From contig JAJCTO010000009.1 of NCBI GenBank assembly GCA_046563655.1, positions 1 through 64,000 of the forward strand: DNA of 64,000 nucleotides. Reading direction: 5' to 3'. The DNA is from Yuukianura sp. NJ FZ-2021. Taxonomy: Eukaryota. Below the pieces are notes generated by a model that made no database searches, was not told where the DNA came from, and saw only the letters and a program-made list of their open reading frames with translations. Below, in pieces: positions 63,999-64,000 of this stretch (position 1 is its first letter; each line of letters opens with the position of its first letter). The translations under genes and the position numbers were made by a program.

Positions 63999-64000
63999 TG

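Overview
Eukaryotic (probably invertebrate animal) heterochromatin: the edge of a satellite array running into nested mobile elements. 1-47789 is a head-to-tail ~255-bp satellite (about 187 monomers). It is more homogeneous on the left and carries more variants and higher-order periodicity towards the right edge; its many 71-82 aa ORFs are a by-product of the repeat. The array stops exactly at a tiny non-autonomous LTR element (TRIM: LTR-PBS-PPT-truncated LTR) whose LTR contains a tRNA-derived Pol III cassette (Helenus/TRIMp3-like). A diverged solo LTR of the same kind, with a 4-bp TSD, interrupts gag of a BEL/Pao retrotransposon at 61585-61819, and the TRIM and that BEL element share an identical 18-nt primer-binding site. 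Between them lie ACT/AGT terminal-like motifs, a 258-bp foldback with a two-eared tip, a near-identical 2.9-kb duplicate of the BEL 3' end and a 4-kb Polinton/Maverick (adintovirus-like) block. That block encodes protease, integrase, minor capsid, a packaging ATPase with an apparent 70-bp intron and a basic core-like protein. The window ends with a near-full-length but apparently chimeric BEL/Pao element and a second BEL integrase fragment. All family assignments come from motif recognition, not database searches.
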